A stretch of DNA of 63,481 nucleotides, counting the filler, from Octopus bimaculoides (lineage: Eukaryota), in NCBI RefSeq assembly GCF_001194135.2. It is 7 parts of 5 records of this genome, joined end to end, with 100 filler letters (N's around TTAATTAATTAA, not from the genome) between each part and the next. Parts side by side here need not be neighbours in the genome. Positions count along the whole stretch, not along the records: positions 45,273 to 54,296 come from NC_068994.1; positions 54,397 to 63,481 come from NC_068982.1; 5 more parts are not named here. One strand, written 5' to 3'. Shown here piece by piece: positions 52,006-63,481 of the stretch (its first letter is position 1; every line of letters begins with the position of its first letter). The notes beneath the pieces were generated by a model, which saw only the letters and a list, made by a program, of their open reading frames with translations, ran no database searches and was not told the DNA's origin. The position numbers and the translations under genes were made by a program.

Positions 52006-52159
52006 ATGCCAATTAGTTATATGCATTCTTGTCCTTTTCTCCTCATGCTGCTTTTACTTCTCCACTTTTAACATGAATTCCTGAATTCATGATTTGTGAT
52101 TATATACAAGGTTTGGTCAAAAAGCATCACGACTGATGCTATAATAAGAAATCTACATC

Positions 52160-52477
52160 ATCCTCATCATCATCGTTTAACGTCCGCTTTCCATGCTAGC
52201 ATGGGTTGGACGATTTGACTGAGGACTGGTGAACCAGGTGGCTGCACCAGGCTCCAATCTGATTTGGCAGAGTTTCTACAGCTGGATGCTCTTCCAAACG
52301 CCAACCACTCAGAGAGTGTAGTGGGTGCTTTTATGTGCCACTGGCACGAAGGCCAGTCAGGTGGTACTGGCAATGGCCATGCTCGAAATGGTGTATTTTA
52401 CGTGCCACCTGCACAGGAGCCAGTCCAGCAGCACTGGCAACGATCTCGCTCGAATGTCTTTTCACGTGCCAGGAAGG
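52160..52477 (-). mobile_element. 3' end of an RTE-related retroelement with (ATG)n tail and internal GTGCCAC subrepeats
   Basis: GCTGGATGCTCTTCCAAACGCCAACC resembles RTE-clade 3' ends (from recall). An opposite-strand fragment lies at ~53400-53470. Confidence 0.55.
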
Positions 52478-53165
52478 NNNNNNNNNNNNNNNNNNNNNNN
52501 NNNNNNNNNNNNNNNNNNNNNNNNNNNNNNNNNNNNNNNNNNNNNNNNNNNNNNNNNNNNNNNNNNNNNNNNNNNNNNNNNNNNNNNNNNNNNNNNNNNN
52601 NNNNNNNNNNNNNNNNNNNNNNNNNNNNNNNNNNNNNNNNNNNNNNNNNNNNNNNNNNNNNNNNNNNNNNNNNNNNNNNNNNNNNNNNNNNNNNNNNNNN
52701 NNNNNNNNNNNNNNNNNNNNNNNNNNNNNNNNNNNNNNNNNNNNNNNNNNNNNNNNNNNNNNNNNNNNNNNNNNNNNNNNNNNNNNNNNNNNNNNNNNNN
52801 NNNNNNNNNNNNNNNNNNNNNNNNNNNNNNNNNNNNNNNNNNNNNNNNNNNNNNNNNNNNNNNNNNNNNNNNNNNNNNNNNNNNNNNNNNNNNNNNNNNN
52901 NNNNNNNNNNNNNNNNNNNNNNNNNNNNNNNNNNNNNNNTTGTGACCGTTTTGGAAAAGTTTCCATCTTCCTGGACACGATCACGAAAATCCTGCACATC
53001 TGAAACCCGATCTTGATTTCGAGACGACCACACTCTACACACTTCACTTCCAAACACTGCTATAAGCAACAAAAGCGAGCGAGAACATTATGACTCAGTG
53101 TGCATGTGCAACGGAGTTCAAGATCAATCTGTGGCGAGGGGCTTCACTCTATGCACTTTAGCTCA

Positions 53166-53179
53166 GTTACCATAGCAAC
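53166..53179. promoter_or_regulatory. RFX X-box GTTACCATAGCAAC
   Basis: Exact match to GTTRCCATRGYAAC in non-repetitive sequence, with an AP-1 site TGACTCA at 53091-53097. Confidence 0.45.
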
Positions 53180-53726
53180 AGTCCAGATACATTTTGATCA
53201 CACCTTGTAGAAAAACAAATGCTTTACAGTCAAAACCAGTGACTACCTTGGAACTTGTTTTGAATGAGTTAAATGTTTAATCAGCACCAGTTGTCAGTTA
53301 TTTTGGATAAGGGCAGCTTTCATTGCTTTTGTGTGCAAGATTGCTGTGTTTAGTAAATCCTAATATCAATAGCTGTCATTATATTAAAAACTCTTCTAGA
53401 ATCTGAGGTTGGGGGTAAGCAAGGGCATGCTGCCTGTAGAAAATCCAGCTCTAAAAAAACCTCATGATAGCAAAGGAGAATGGGCACCAGCCAACCCAAA
53501 GGTTGGGGTNNNNNNNNNNTATATATGACTGTGTCATGCTCCAATGTTTCTGTTACTCGCACTAAAATAATTACGACTCTTTATACGTATTAAGTTCTCT
53601 ATTTATTTGAGTTACCAGCACTTAGTACACTTGTATTTGCACCAATGTACATAAACACAGATATACGTAAATGTATATGCATACAAATATGTATATACAT
53701 ATATAAATGTATGTGCATATACGTAA

Positions 53727-53781
<55 letters not shown>

Positions 53782-53878
53782 TATATACACATATATGCAT
53801 ATATTTATGTATATGTATACATTTATATATATATACATACATATATACATATATATATATATAAATGTGTGTATATCT

Positions 53879-53915
<37 letters not shown>

Positions 53916-54260
53916 AATACATATACGTAAATATATGCATGTATGTATTGTGTACATATGTGTGTGTATATACGTATGTGTATGAGTGTGAACATATTCA
54001 GAGAGTGTCTATTAAATGTAAATGTATGATCATATTTTGTTGTTTTTTTTTTGCAAGCAAAATCTAGTGTGTAGAGAGAAAAAAAATTGTAATATTCAAA
54101 TCAACGTAATAACATCAGAATAAATATAGAAAAAAAAAAAGAATGAATAAAAAAAAATAAGAGAAAATAAATAAACATCCTTTGATTTATAAATTGTTAG
54201 TATTATTATTATTGATATTATTATTATTATTATTATTATTGTTATTATCAGAAATGATTG

Positions 54261-54296
<36 letters not shown>

Positions 54297-54651
54297 NNNN
54301 NNNNNNNNNNNNNNNNNNNNNNNNNNNNNNNNNNNNNNNNTTAATTAATTAANNNNNNNNNNNNNNNNNNNNNNNNNNNNNNNNNNNNNNNNNNNNATCC
54401 CCTTTACTATTCCCCATTCATTTATTTATTTATTTTAGTCATTCTCTATATAACTCTATATAACTCAAAAAGCAAGAAATAGGGGAAAATGAAGGACGGT
54501 GGAAGAGGGAAAGAAAGCAAAAAGACCTTCACCTGTGGATTTTGTTTTTTCAGAAGCGTTGAGCATCCTTAAACCCATTCCAAAACAATGGTAAATGACT
54601 AAATTAATAAATAAATAAAAGAATTGTGAATAGGAAGGGATATATCCATTC

Positions 54652-54719
<68 letters not shown>

Positions 54720-54841
54720 CCTTTATTATCTCACCTTCTTCCTAGCTCTCCTGTGTGACCCTCTATCCAGCATTCACCATGATAGATCGCTAGCCACTAA
54801 ACCTTTTCTTTCATTTTATCTCCCAGTTTATTTCTTTGTTC

Positions 54842-54877
54842 CTTTCTGTTGAAGAGCGTAGGCTCGAAGCATAAAAG
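54842..54877 (+). ncRNA. degenerate minimal hammerhead motif, second copy of the 14137 family
   Basis: CTTT-CTGTTGA-AGAGC-GTAG-GCTC-GAAG-CA-TA-AAAG. Confidence 0.45.
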
Positions 54878-55272
54878 ATTTCCTCACTTCCCAAGCGTTA
54901 AACTAATACATCTGTTTGTTGTTTACACGCCCGTTTTCGTCTTTTGTAAATTATCACTATCTATCTACCTACCTATATTTCTATCTGTCCGTCTCCATTG
55001 TCATGGAACCTCATCCCCAAAAGAAAACAAAAAAAACAATGTTTCCTTCTAAACAAAAACCCCCAAAACATCTGCTTTTTTTAATAACTGAACAAGATGT
55101 TTGTCCATTCACAACATTTTATTTGACAAGGTCGAGAAAGGAACGGAAGCGTTAATAATGATGAAGAAATAAAAATATTTTTTCCAAATTACTGACGACT
55201 TTTTTCTCAATATGCAATTTTGTACATCCCACCTAACACTCTATACATACATACATACATACATACATACGC

Positions 55273-55326
<54 letters not shown>

Positions 55327-56708
55327 ATATGCTTGTAAATTTACGTGTATGTATGTGTTTACTTATATACATCTGTGTATGTATACGTACGTGCACATAT
55401 ATTGGGAATAAAGTCATTGTATAGACTTTAGCATGCCTCATGAACTCAACATATGTATGAAGGAGAAGTATGTAACATAATTTAATGCTTTTTGCTGTCA
55501 GTGTTAATCTTACTCAAAAGTTTTATTTTACTGTTCATGCAACTCTGTATTTAAAATTGAGCAAACAAATAAATGTAAGAAATCTTATATCTCAAAATAT
55601 TGTTTGCAATCCTTTATATTAATGAACTAAAAGCTATAAACAACATCACAATATTTGTTTTATTTAATTATTGCGAAGATCTCATGTTTGCTGACTAGCA
55701 AAATATATTCAGTTGAACAGCAGATAAAACATATCTAGATTGATGTTGCTAGGGAATTGTGTAGACGTGGTTATCGTGAGAATGCTACTTGAATTAGGTG
55801 GAATGATTCATCATTGTATACAATCATTAGAAATGAGAAATATGCATATTGTTTGTTTTTTGTCGTTCCCAATCATAATTATTTGTTGCATTAAATGTGT
55901 TAACACAAACTTAATTATATACTGATCTATGCTGATATGCTGCCCAAAATGTTATAAAAATATAATATTTTCATACAGAATCCACTTGAGAATTCTTATC
56001 TAAATATTCTGCGACGGACTGCAATGCCAATCAATAGGTATCCATATTAGTAGATCTACAACAACAATTATTGCAATGGGAAATCATAAAGACAGAACTT
56101 TATCTTACTCCTAGGCTGTCATTCATAGGCGCATATATGATAAACTCTATTGTTGCCATAACCATCTGTATTTTTTCACACGTTTTATATGTAGAAACTT
56201 ATCATACATTGTGTTTACCCGCTTTTAACAAACAAGGAGTTAATTTCAATAAGATGTGGGTGTTTGTTTTTTTTAACAGGTCACTCAAATCCTTAAAAAG
56301 TCCCTAGCTTGCTTACGAGCCACATGGTTCCAGGTTCAGTCCCACTGCGTGGCAACTTGGGCACATGTCTTCTACTATAGCTTCGTACCGACCAAAGCCA
56401 GTATTATAATCTCAGTTTCTCTGTGCTAGATGCTACTTCATACTGATATATAATATCATGTCACACTCTCATCTATCCATCCTATATTTAGCATATTTCA
56501 TACTGCAGTTTCCTTTATAATTCTGCATACAATTCTTCATCACTATCGTGCATACATCTATCAAGATTGAACCTATGCTCTGTTCACATTTAGATTTATT
56601 TTCTTCCAAATTTTGATGAGAATCATTTCATGACGAAAGAAAACTATTATTTCAAAAACATCACCGATATATCTCTGCCACATGACATGAGTAGATGTAT
56701 GCATATAT

Positions 56709-56917
56709 TCTTTTATTTGTTTCGGTCATTTGACTGCGGCCATGCTGGAGCAGCGCCTTTAGTCAAATCAATCGCCCCCAGGAGTTAGTCTTTGTAAGCC
56801 TAGTACCTATCATATCATTTTCTTAGGTCAAACCGCTAGGTTAAGGGGGCGTAAAAAACCAACATCGGTTGCCAAGCGATGGTGGGGGACAAACACAGAC
56901 ACACGAACATGTATATA

Positions 56918-56978
<61 letters not shown>

Positions 56979-57175
56979 GCACACACAGACACACACACAC
57001 ACACATACACACATATATATTTATGTGAAGGGCTTCTTTCAGTTTCCCTCTACCAAATCCACTCACGAGGATTTGGTTGACCCCGGGCTATATTAGAAGA
57101 GATTTGTTCAATGGACTAAACCCGGAACCATGTGGTTGGGAGGCAAGCTTCTTACATGCAGGCACTCCTACGCCT
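56709..57175 (-). mobile_element. complete composite SINE type D with expanded internal (TA)n/(TG)n
   Basis: The 3' half (56709-56900), microsatellite (56900-57020) and head (57025-57175) are all in one orientation. Confidence 0.85.
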
Positions 57176-57432
57176 GTTAGTTTATACGTTTTAATTCATG
57201 TGTTTTAACTACACATATATAGTAAGAAACAAACGAACGGGTTAAAATTATGTGGCAAAACCTCGCTAAGAACTGTCGCAATATGCAAGACTTCTTTATT
57301 TGATTTTCACTATGATAACGTTTACCGAATTATAAAATCTCCGCGTAAACATTTTAAATAAGATTAATATTGTTTAGGAAGATTTAAAAATATTTAACAT
57401 AAATGCAATTATTTTATACACACGCATATATT

Positions 57433-57506
<74 letters not shown>

Positions 57507-58269
57507 CATATGTATATATACGTATACACACACATATATATATGAATGTATACATACTTACATATATNNNNNNNNNNNNNNNNNNNNNNNNNNNNNNNNN
57601 NNNNNNNNNNNNNNNNNNNNNNNNNNNNNNNNNNNNNNNNNNNNNNNNNNNNNNNNNNNNNNNNNNNNNNNNNNNNNNNNNNNNNNNNNNNNNNNNNNNN
57701 NNNNNNNNNNNNNNNNNNNNNNNNNNNNNNNNNNNNNNNNNNNNNNNNNNNNNNNNNNNNNNNNNNNNNNNNNNNNNNNNNNNNNNNNNNNNNNNNNNNN
57801 NNNNNNNNNNNNNNNNNNNNNNNNNNNNNNNNNNNNNNNNNNNNNNNNNNNNNNNNNNNNNNNNNNNNNNNNNNNNNNNNNNNNNNNNNNNNNNNNNNNN
57901 NNNNNNNNNNNNNNNNNNNNNNNNNNNNNNNNNNNNNNNNNNNNNNNNNNNNNNNNNNNNNNNNNNNNNNNNNNNNNNNNNNNNNNNNNNNNNNNNNNNN
58001 NNNNNNNNNNNNNNNNNNNNNNNNNNNNNNNNNNNNNNNNNNNNNNNNNNNNNNNNNNNNNNNNNNNNNNNNNNNNNNNNNNNNNNNNNNNNNNNNNNNN
58101 NNNNNNNNNNNNNNNNNNNNNNNNNNNNNNNNNNNNNNNNTATATATATATATATATATATATATGTTGCTGGGGGGTATGTATATATATATATACATGT
58201 ATAGATATACACACACATACACACATGCATGTATATATATACATATAAGCTGTATGGTAAGTATGTGTG

Positions 58270-58472
58270 TGTCTGTGTTTTTCCACCCAACATCAATTGA
58301 CAACCGATGCTGGTGTTTTTACATCCCTGTAACCTAGCGGTTCGGCAAAACGAAGCGATAGAATAAGTACTAGGTTTACAAAGAAAAAGTCCTGAGTTCG
58401 ATCTGCTCGACTAAATGCGGTGCTTCAGCATGGCCGCAGTCAAATGACTGAAACAAATAAAAGAGTAAAGAG
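58270..58472 (+). mobile_element. 3' half of composite SINE type D
   Basis: Family match, preceded by a microsatellite and a gap. Confidence 0.8.
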
Positions 58473-59930
58473 TATGTATGTATTTATATCTTCATTTTTC
58501 ATCAAGGCTACCATTGTTTTCATTTTAATATCAGTAGGAAACTATCCTAGTGTCTTGACAATTTTTTAAGCTGATCACATGAATATCAAGACACCGTGCA
58601 GGGATGTTTGTACCTGATATTCCTGCCGTATGTGTAGAAAAGGCAACCCAGCGAAGTGAAGACATGTGCTCTTGGTAATTTAGGGATATATTTTTATAAA
58701 GGTAATTTCTATAGTATTTCCGAAGTGCAAATTCAAAATTAGATGAACACAATATAAATGGGTAACACATTTTTATAGGTGTCAATTCAGTACGGCCGTT
58801 TCAAGCATCTCCTTTAATGGATTAATGAAAACATTACATTAATTTGAAAGAAAGCGTTCTCGTCAGATGACCGCATAGACTTCAAAATAAGGATATAACA
58901 ATTATAACCACATATATGACAAAATAAACAATGTAAATATTATATATGGGAGCAGTTAGAATTGTTAGAACGTCGGGCAGGGCAAGAAGCTTAGTGACAT
59001 TTCGTCCCTATTCCCGTTCCGATTTCAAATTCTACTGTGATCGAGTTTGATTTTAATCTCTGTCAGGTTCGACGAATTGAGTGCCAGTTGACAACTGGGG
59101 TCGACCTAATCTCCCCCGAACTTACTGGCATCTCCCTCTATCTCACCACTGTGTGCGTGTGTATGTGTGTGTGTGTGCATTCCGATTATCTAACAAAAGT
59201 AAGCAGAGCATTACATCTACTTACGAAAATGTTAAAAAAAATCAATATAATATATCACAAACTGAAGCAACAAATAAAAGTTTATTAATGTATTATTGTT
59301 TTCTCATATATTTATAATTTTATGAAATAATTTCTGAACAATATAAATTTATAACGGTAGTGAGTATTATTAAACGATCCAAATAAAATTAAGCTTAGAA
59401 AATTACAAAGCCATAAATTGTATAACATATACCTAATTTTGTTTATGGTAAATTATAGGCAATTTAAGACTTAAGGTCCTCGGTTGTCGGATTATGGAGA
59501 AAAATATTAAATAATTAATCTGGTTACACAAAAATAATTTAGGAGGAAGAATATGGTAATTGATATTTCGTTGATAAATCCCAATTTGAACTTTATTCAT
59601 TTTTATTGTATATACAACAGAACTGGAGAAAATTTCACTAGGTGTTACCATATCAGACTCACACAATAATAAAGTTTAGAGCATTGCCCTAACCTCACAC
59701 AAATTCATTTGGTATGTAGAATTAGAATTGTAGAGATGAACAGCTGTAAGAAAGGGATATAGACATATATTTTTGCAGATACAAATATGCCAAACAATTG
59801 TATTTGAACTGTGAACAAAATAATTTCTAGGATTTTGCTGACTCATACACCTACAAAATATAGCGACTTAATATCATAAGCGAAATTATTCCATGTAAAT
59901 ATATGACATTAATTAAAACTAGATCATGTA

Positions 59931-61115
59931 CGAGGTTAAGTTAATAATTGACCCCCTTCAGTGCACAGATACTAAAACGTGGTACTATTATTGTCATGCA
60001 ACCGATATTGGAACTGGATCGCTCTAGTTTTCTCTCTTGTATTACTGAGTAAACATAGCTGCTAAACTGGTAACGTGTACCAAGAAAGAATAAAATTTAG
60101 TAATCCGATTTCTCTGATTTTAAGATGTTGTCAGGGACTGAAATTCACCACAGGCTTTCAGTAAATTCTGAGGATTGTACAGAACATCGCAGGAGCATGA
60201 GTGGCCAAATCAGCGTGAAGCATGAAGATAGAAAAGGACGAGAGATTATTCTGGTGAACTGACGAATAACCATGGATGAAGTGGCATGTACTCTTAAAAT
60301 CATTCATGGTCTTACATATGAAATTATCGAAGACAAGCTTCACTACTGTAAAGTCTGTGGGAGGTGGGTGTCAAGAGTGGTTATTAAAGCACACAAGCGT
60401 AATAGAGTGGAGATTTGTCAACACTTGATCGACATTGAACGTTAAACAGTTTTTGTAGAGACGTCACATGGGATGAGTCCACCACTTTGAGCCAGAATCC
60501 AAAAGGTTAAGCATGGAGTGCAAATGTTCGGAATGGTTAGTAAGAAAGACATTCAAGACTAAACTTTCCGCAGAGGAAGTGATACTAACAGGTTTTCGGA
60601 CGCAAAATGATATACTGGAACATCACGGGAACATATACTGGAAAAGAGGTGTAGTGTCACCAGTGTAAGCAACAGGGAAATGCTGGCCAAAAGACTAAAG
60701 CTAGAAATTCATACCAAACGCCAAGATCTTTTGTCAAAACAAATATTATTGTTGCCTGAAAATACACGCCCAAATACGACTGCCTACATCGTTAAAACCA
60801 TTGATAAATTGTGTATTTAGTTGTTGCTGATATAGATTTCACCCCTTCTGAATATCACCTATTTTCACCGCTCAAACATTCTTTGCGTGGTCATCGATTT
60901 ACTGCGGATGTAGAAGCGCAGAAGGCAGTGCTTAAATGGCAGCGCAATCAGCCAGAAACCTTCTTCCCTGAAATTACAAGCAAGTTTGTGTACCACTGAA
61001 ATTATTTCATCAAAATGTAAGCTGACGTTGTCGAAGACTGGTGCAATTGTTCAATACCTGCATTTGTTTTGATAAAATAAAAACAAGAGTGGCTATAATT
61101 TTTGAGTTACCTTCA
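59931..61115 (+). mobile_element. near full-length degenerate mariner (1185 bp) with TIRs and TA duplication
   Basis: Left end TA|CGAGGTTAAGTTAATAATT; the right end reads TA|TGAAGGTAACTCAAAAATT in reverse complement. Remnant motifs: ITMDEVACTLKIIHGLTYEIIEDKLHYCKVCGRWVSR (WVPR-like), WDES/HHFEPESKRLSME and FTPSEYHLFSPLKHSLRGHRFT. Many stops and frameshifts. Confidence 0.93.
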
Positions 61116-61735
61116 TATGATGACAGCGGAATTAGATTGAAATCAACACTTATATAGCGAGAAATAAATAAAGATTCTGTAACTTATTGTTCGATCAGGT
61201 AAAAGTGAACGCTAAATTTCCCTTGAATAGCACACCATTTTCTTAAGCTGAAAACTATTCATCAGACAGTGTACACGTATACGAGGTTTTACCCTACTCA
61301 GGCAGGCGGATTTCATAGCCGTAATTGGAAGCATTTGATCAGTGGCCTACTAAATCAAGACATGCTTATGTTCAAAAGAATATAAACATTCAATGTATAT
61401 ATAAATGTGGGTGTTTGTGCGTGTGTATGTGTCAAACTATACAAAGCAGTATAAGCTACTAGCGTTTCCAAGGTTAAAGAGAATAATGAAATTTTAAAAC
61501 GCCGTCTAGATTACGCATGCCTCAACTGCTAGTAGCTGAGATACCAACTTTCTACATTAATAACTCTCCAAACCATGCCAGCATGGCACATAGAATCGAG
61601 ATATTGAAAGAAAGTTTTCAACTCATATATCTATATAAATTCAAAAATACGTTTTGTGCAGCTTATTTCGTAAGCGTAAAAAAAAACAGGTACAGATCAT
61701 AAACAATGAAAGACAGATGTTAGTGATTAATTTAA

Positions 61736-62346
61736 CAGTCGTAGTAACAAGCCCATCCGATGATAAATCTGATCTTGGATCTAGACATTTTGCATGAATC
61801 CCAGCTCAGTTAAAATTCTTACGGATCTAAATGATGTGTGTAGTGCAGCGTTGTATTGTTGAATTTTGTTTTGGAAGTGCTTAGAATGTTGGTCAGTTGA
61901 TGGCAACTGTTTCTTTAATGGCTCTGGAGATTAGGGTAATGCAGAGAGCTTAACCTTTTCACCACTGCACCACTGCAGGTTTCTCTCAAGGCCACATGCT
62001 TTACAATGTATACAGTCAGTTGTTATGGCACCAATGGAAACTCTAGTGTCATCTGCATAATGAACTCCTCGATCATATTTGAAATCTGCTTCATAGACGT
62101 TACTTCTCTGAGCTGTTGCAACTGCTCTTCGTTCTGCAGTGCCAAATCCTATTCATTGTCAGGCGTGCGTACCTCTGTTCATTGCTTTGAGATGCTCTGG
62201 GTTGTGTAGTGCACAATCTGTTCGTTTTTTCTTTTTTTTTTTTTGTATGCTTCCCTTTCTGAAGTTCATCGTCTTTCCCTGGACAGAGACATTCTTTTGG
62301 CTGACCTTGACATTGTGGTCGAATTTGATACTTTCCTTCTAGGCTT
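61736..62346 (-). mobile_element. Helitron Rep/helicase N-terminal remnant
   Basis: Minus-strand frames give PRRKVSNSTTMSRSAKRM, RASQSNEQRYARL and FKYDRGVHYADDTRVSIGAITTDCIHCKA...WCSGEKVKLSALP*SPEPLKK...SKHFQNKIQQYN...IQDQIYHRMGLLL. These parallel the Helitron zinc-finger region CCxxGKVKLP...KHF...IRxYN...QGQIYHRxGSLLP. Confidence 0.85.
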
Positions 62347-62765
62347 TGAAGCAAAATTTATCAGTGAACCAAAGAGCCACCATTGCAAGACCCAGAAAGA
62401 GCCGTTAACAACAGAAAACAGAAAACCGTTGAAAACGTAATTTAGAAACTTTTAGGGAAATTAACTAAGTGCACGGATTTAAGTGTAATTTTTGAAGTTA
62501 CTTCTGTCATTAGATTATGAACCTATTTTTTATCAGTAATTCGTCAACAACCAAAAAAAAAAAAAAAAAAAAAAAAACACAAAACGGTGCAAAAATAAAT
62601 AGATAATTTCTATGCAAATTTAACGAAGTGTATGGATTGAGGTGAGGTTTATGAATTTAATTCTGTCAGAAAAGTATGTATGAATGACGTTCATCAGTAA
62701 TTGTGAACCTCTTACCGTCAGTAATTTGTCGATGTTGCTTGTAAATAGCGATTAAAATCATACAG

Positions 62766-62833
62766 TGAAAACAATAGCGATTGAACTTAAATTGAAAACA
62801 ATAGCGATTGAACTTAAATTGAAAACAATAGCG
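62766..62833. repeat. 27-bp tandem repeat, 2.5 copies
   Basis: TGAAAACAATAGCGATTGAACTTAAAT at 62766 and 62793, with a partial copy at 62820. Confidence 0.95.
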
Positions 62834-63241
62834 TCTGAAAAATGAAAGGGAAAATAATAGAGTACAAGTGAGATGTAGAGGGAGGGGAGACAAAGATAGG
62901 TATTTAGACAAATAAGATAGATATAGATGGATAAAATATAGACTGATAGATACAGAGATAGAGATGGATAGAGAGATACAGAGAGATAGGGATAGACAGA
63001 GTGAGAGAGATGGATAGCGAGATATATATAGGGAGATATAGACGTCACTGACGCTAGAATACTGGAAGTAAATATTTAAAAAAGACTTTCAGAGACGTGA
63101 ATCTAATATAAAAAGCAATATTTTTTATTTCTTTTTATGAGGTATGGATGCAAGAAGGAGAATACATTTCTGAAAGTTACTTCCCAAAGAGGTACCACCC
63201 TTCTCCACGTAACCCCGGAACGTGTGTTTCTTGTCCCTAAG

Positions 63242-63296
63242 ATGCCCGTTACCCATTATGTGAAACATTTTCAGAGTCTAAAACCATCCCTGAAAG
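63242..63296 (+). other. candidate small exon of an unidentified gene
   Basis: Acceptor GTTTCTTGTCCCTAAG| and consensus donor AAG|GTAAGT. Two frames are open (MPVTHYVKHFQSLKPSLK or DARYPLCETFSESKTIPE). No homology recognised. Confidence 0.25.
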
Positions 63297-63481
63297 GTAA
63301 GTAACGTATCTTTCCAGTTTGGAGAAAATCAGTTGAAAAATACGGCCATTACAGTTTTTTACTCACACACAGAGAACGGGATTTATATTACAGACAGTTG
63401 ATACATGGATTCACTTTATAGTTACTAAAGATTAACATGTATACATAAAACACATACATATGTGTATATATATGTATATAT

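Noticed and set aside
55735-55795. DVARELCRRGYR resembling a short-chain dehydrogenase N terminus
   Set aside because: It lacks the preceding GxxxGxG motif and is bounded by in-frame stops, so it is a chance similarity.
372-58337. Most long ORFs in the supplied track (YIYI, HTHT, CVCV, poly-L/D/H, poly-X)
   Set aside because: They are translations of microsatellites and N gaps, with no recognisable domains.

Overview
This is repeat-dense, AT-rich eukaryotic (animal) genomic DNA from a fragmented short-read assembly. The repeat families look like those of octopus/coleoid cephalopods, but that is inference from recall and I ran no database search. I recognised no intact protein-coding gene. 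Most ORFs in the track are artefacts of microsatellites or N-gaps, and a few are fragments of the transposon remnants below. Supported content: three mariner remnants (one near full length with TIRs and TA flanks), the 5' part of a Helitron Rep/helicase gene, a head-to-tail cluster of restriction-like-endonuclease (R4/Dong-type) LINE 3' ends joined by (CATA)n, and at least four tRNA-derived SINE types that share and swap modules. There are also Penelope-type minimal hammerhead ribozyme motifs and six artificial 100-bp joins (N44-TTAATTAATTAA-N44) that split the window into seven blocks of uncertain adjacency. The most interesting items are (i) a hammerhead with an intact core at 33034-33077 and an upstream antisense arm that could sequester it, (ii) the RLE-LINE array tied to (CATA)n, (iii) a 190-bp internal LINE fragment inserted between 35-bp direct repeats, and (iv) combinatorial SINE head/tail swapping. 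All alignments and translations were done by hand, and repeat boundaries are approximate.
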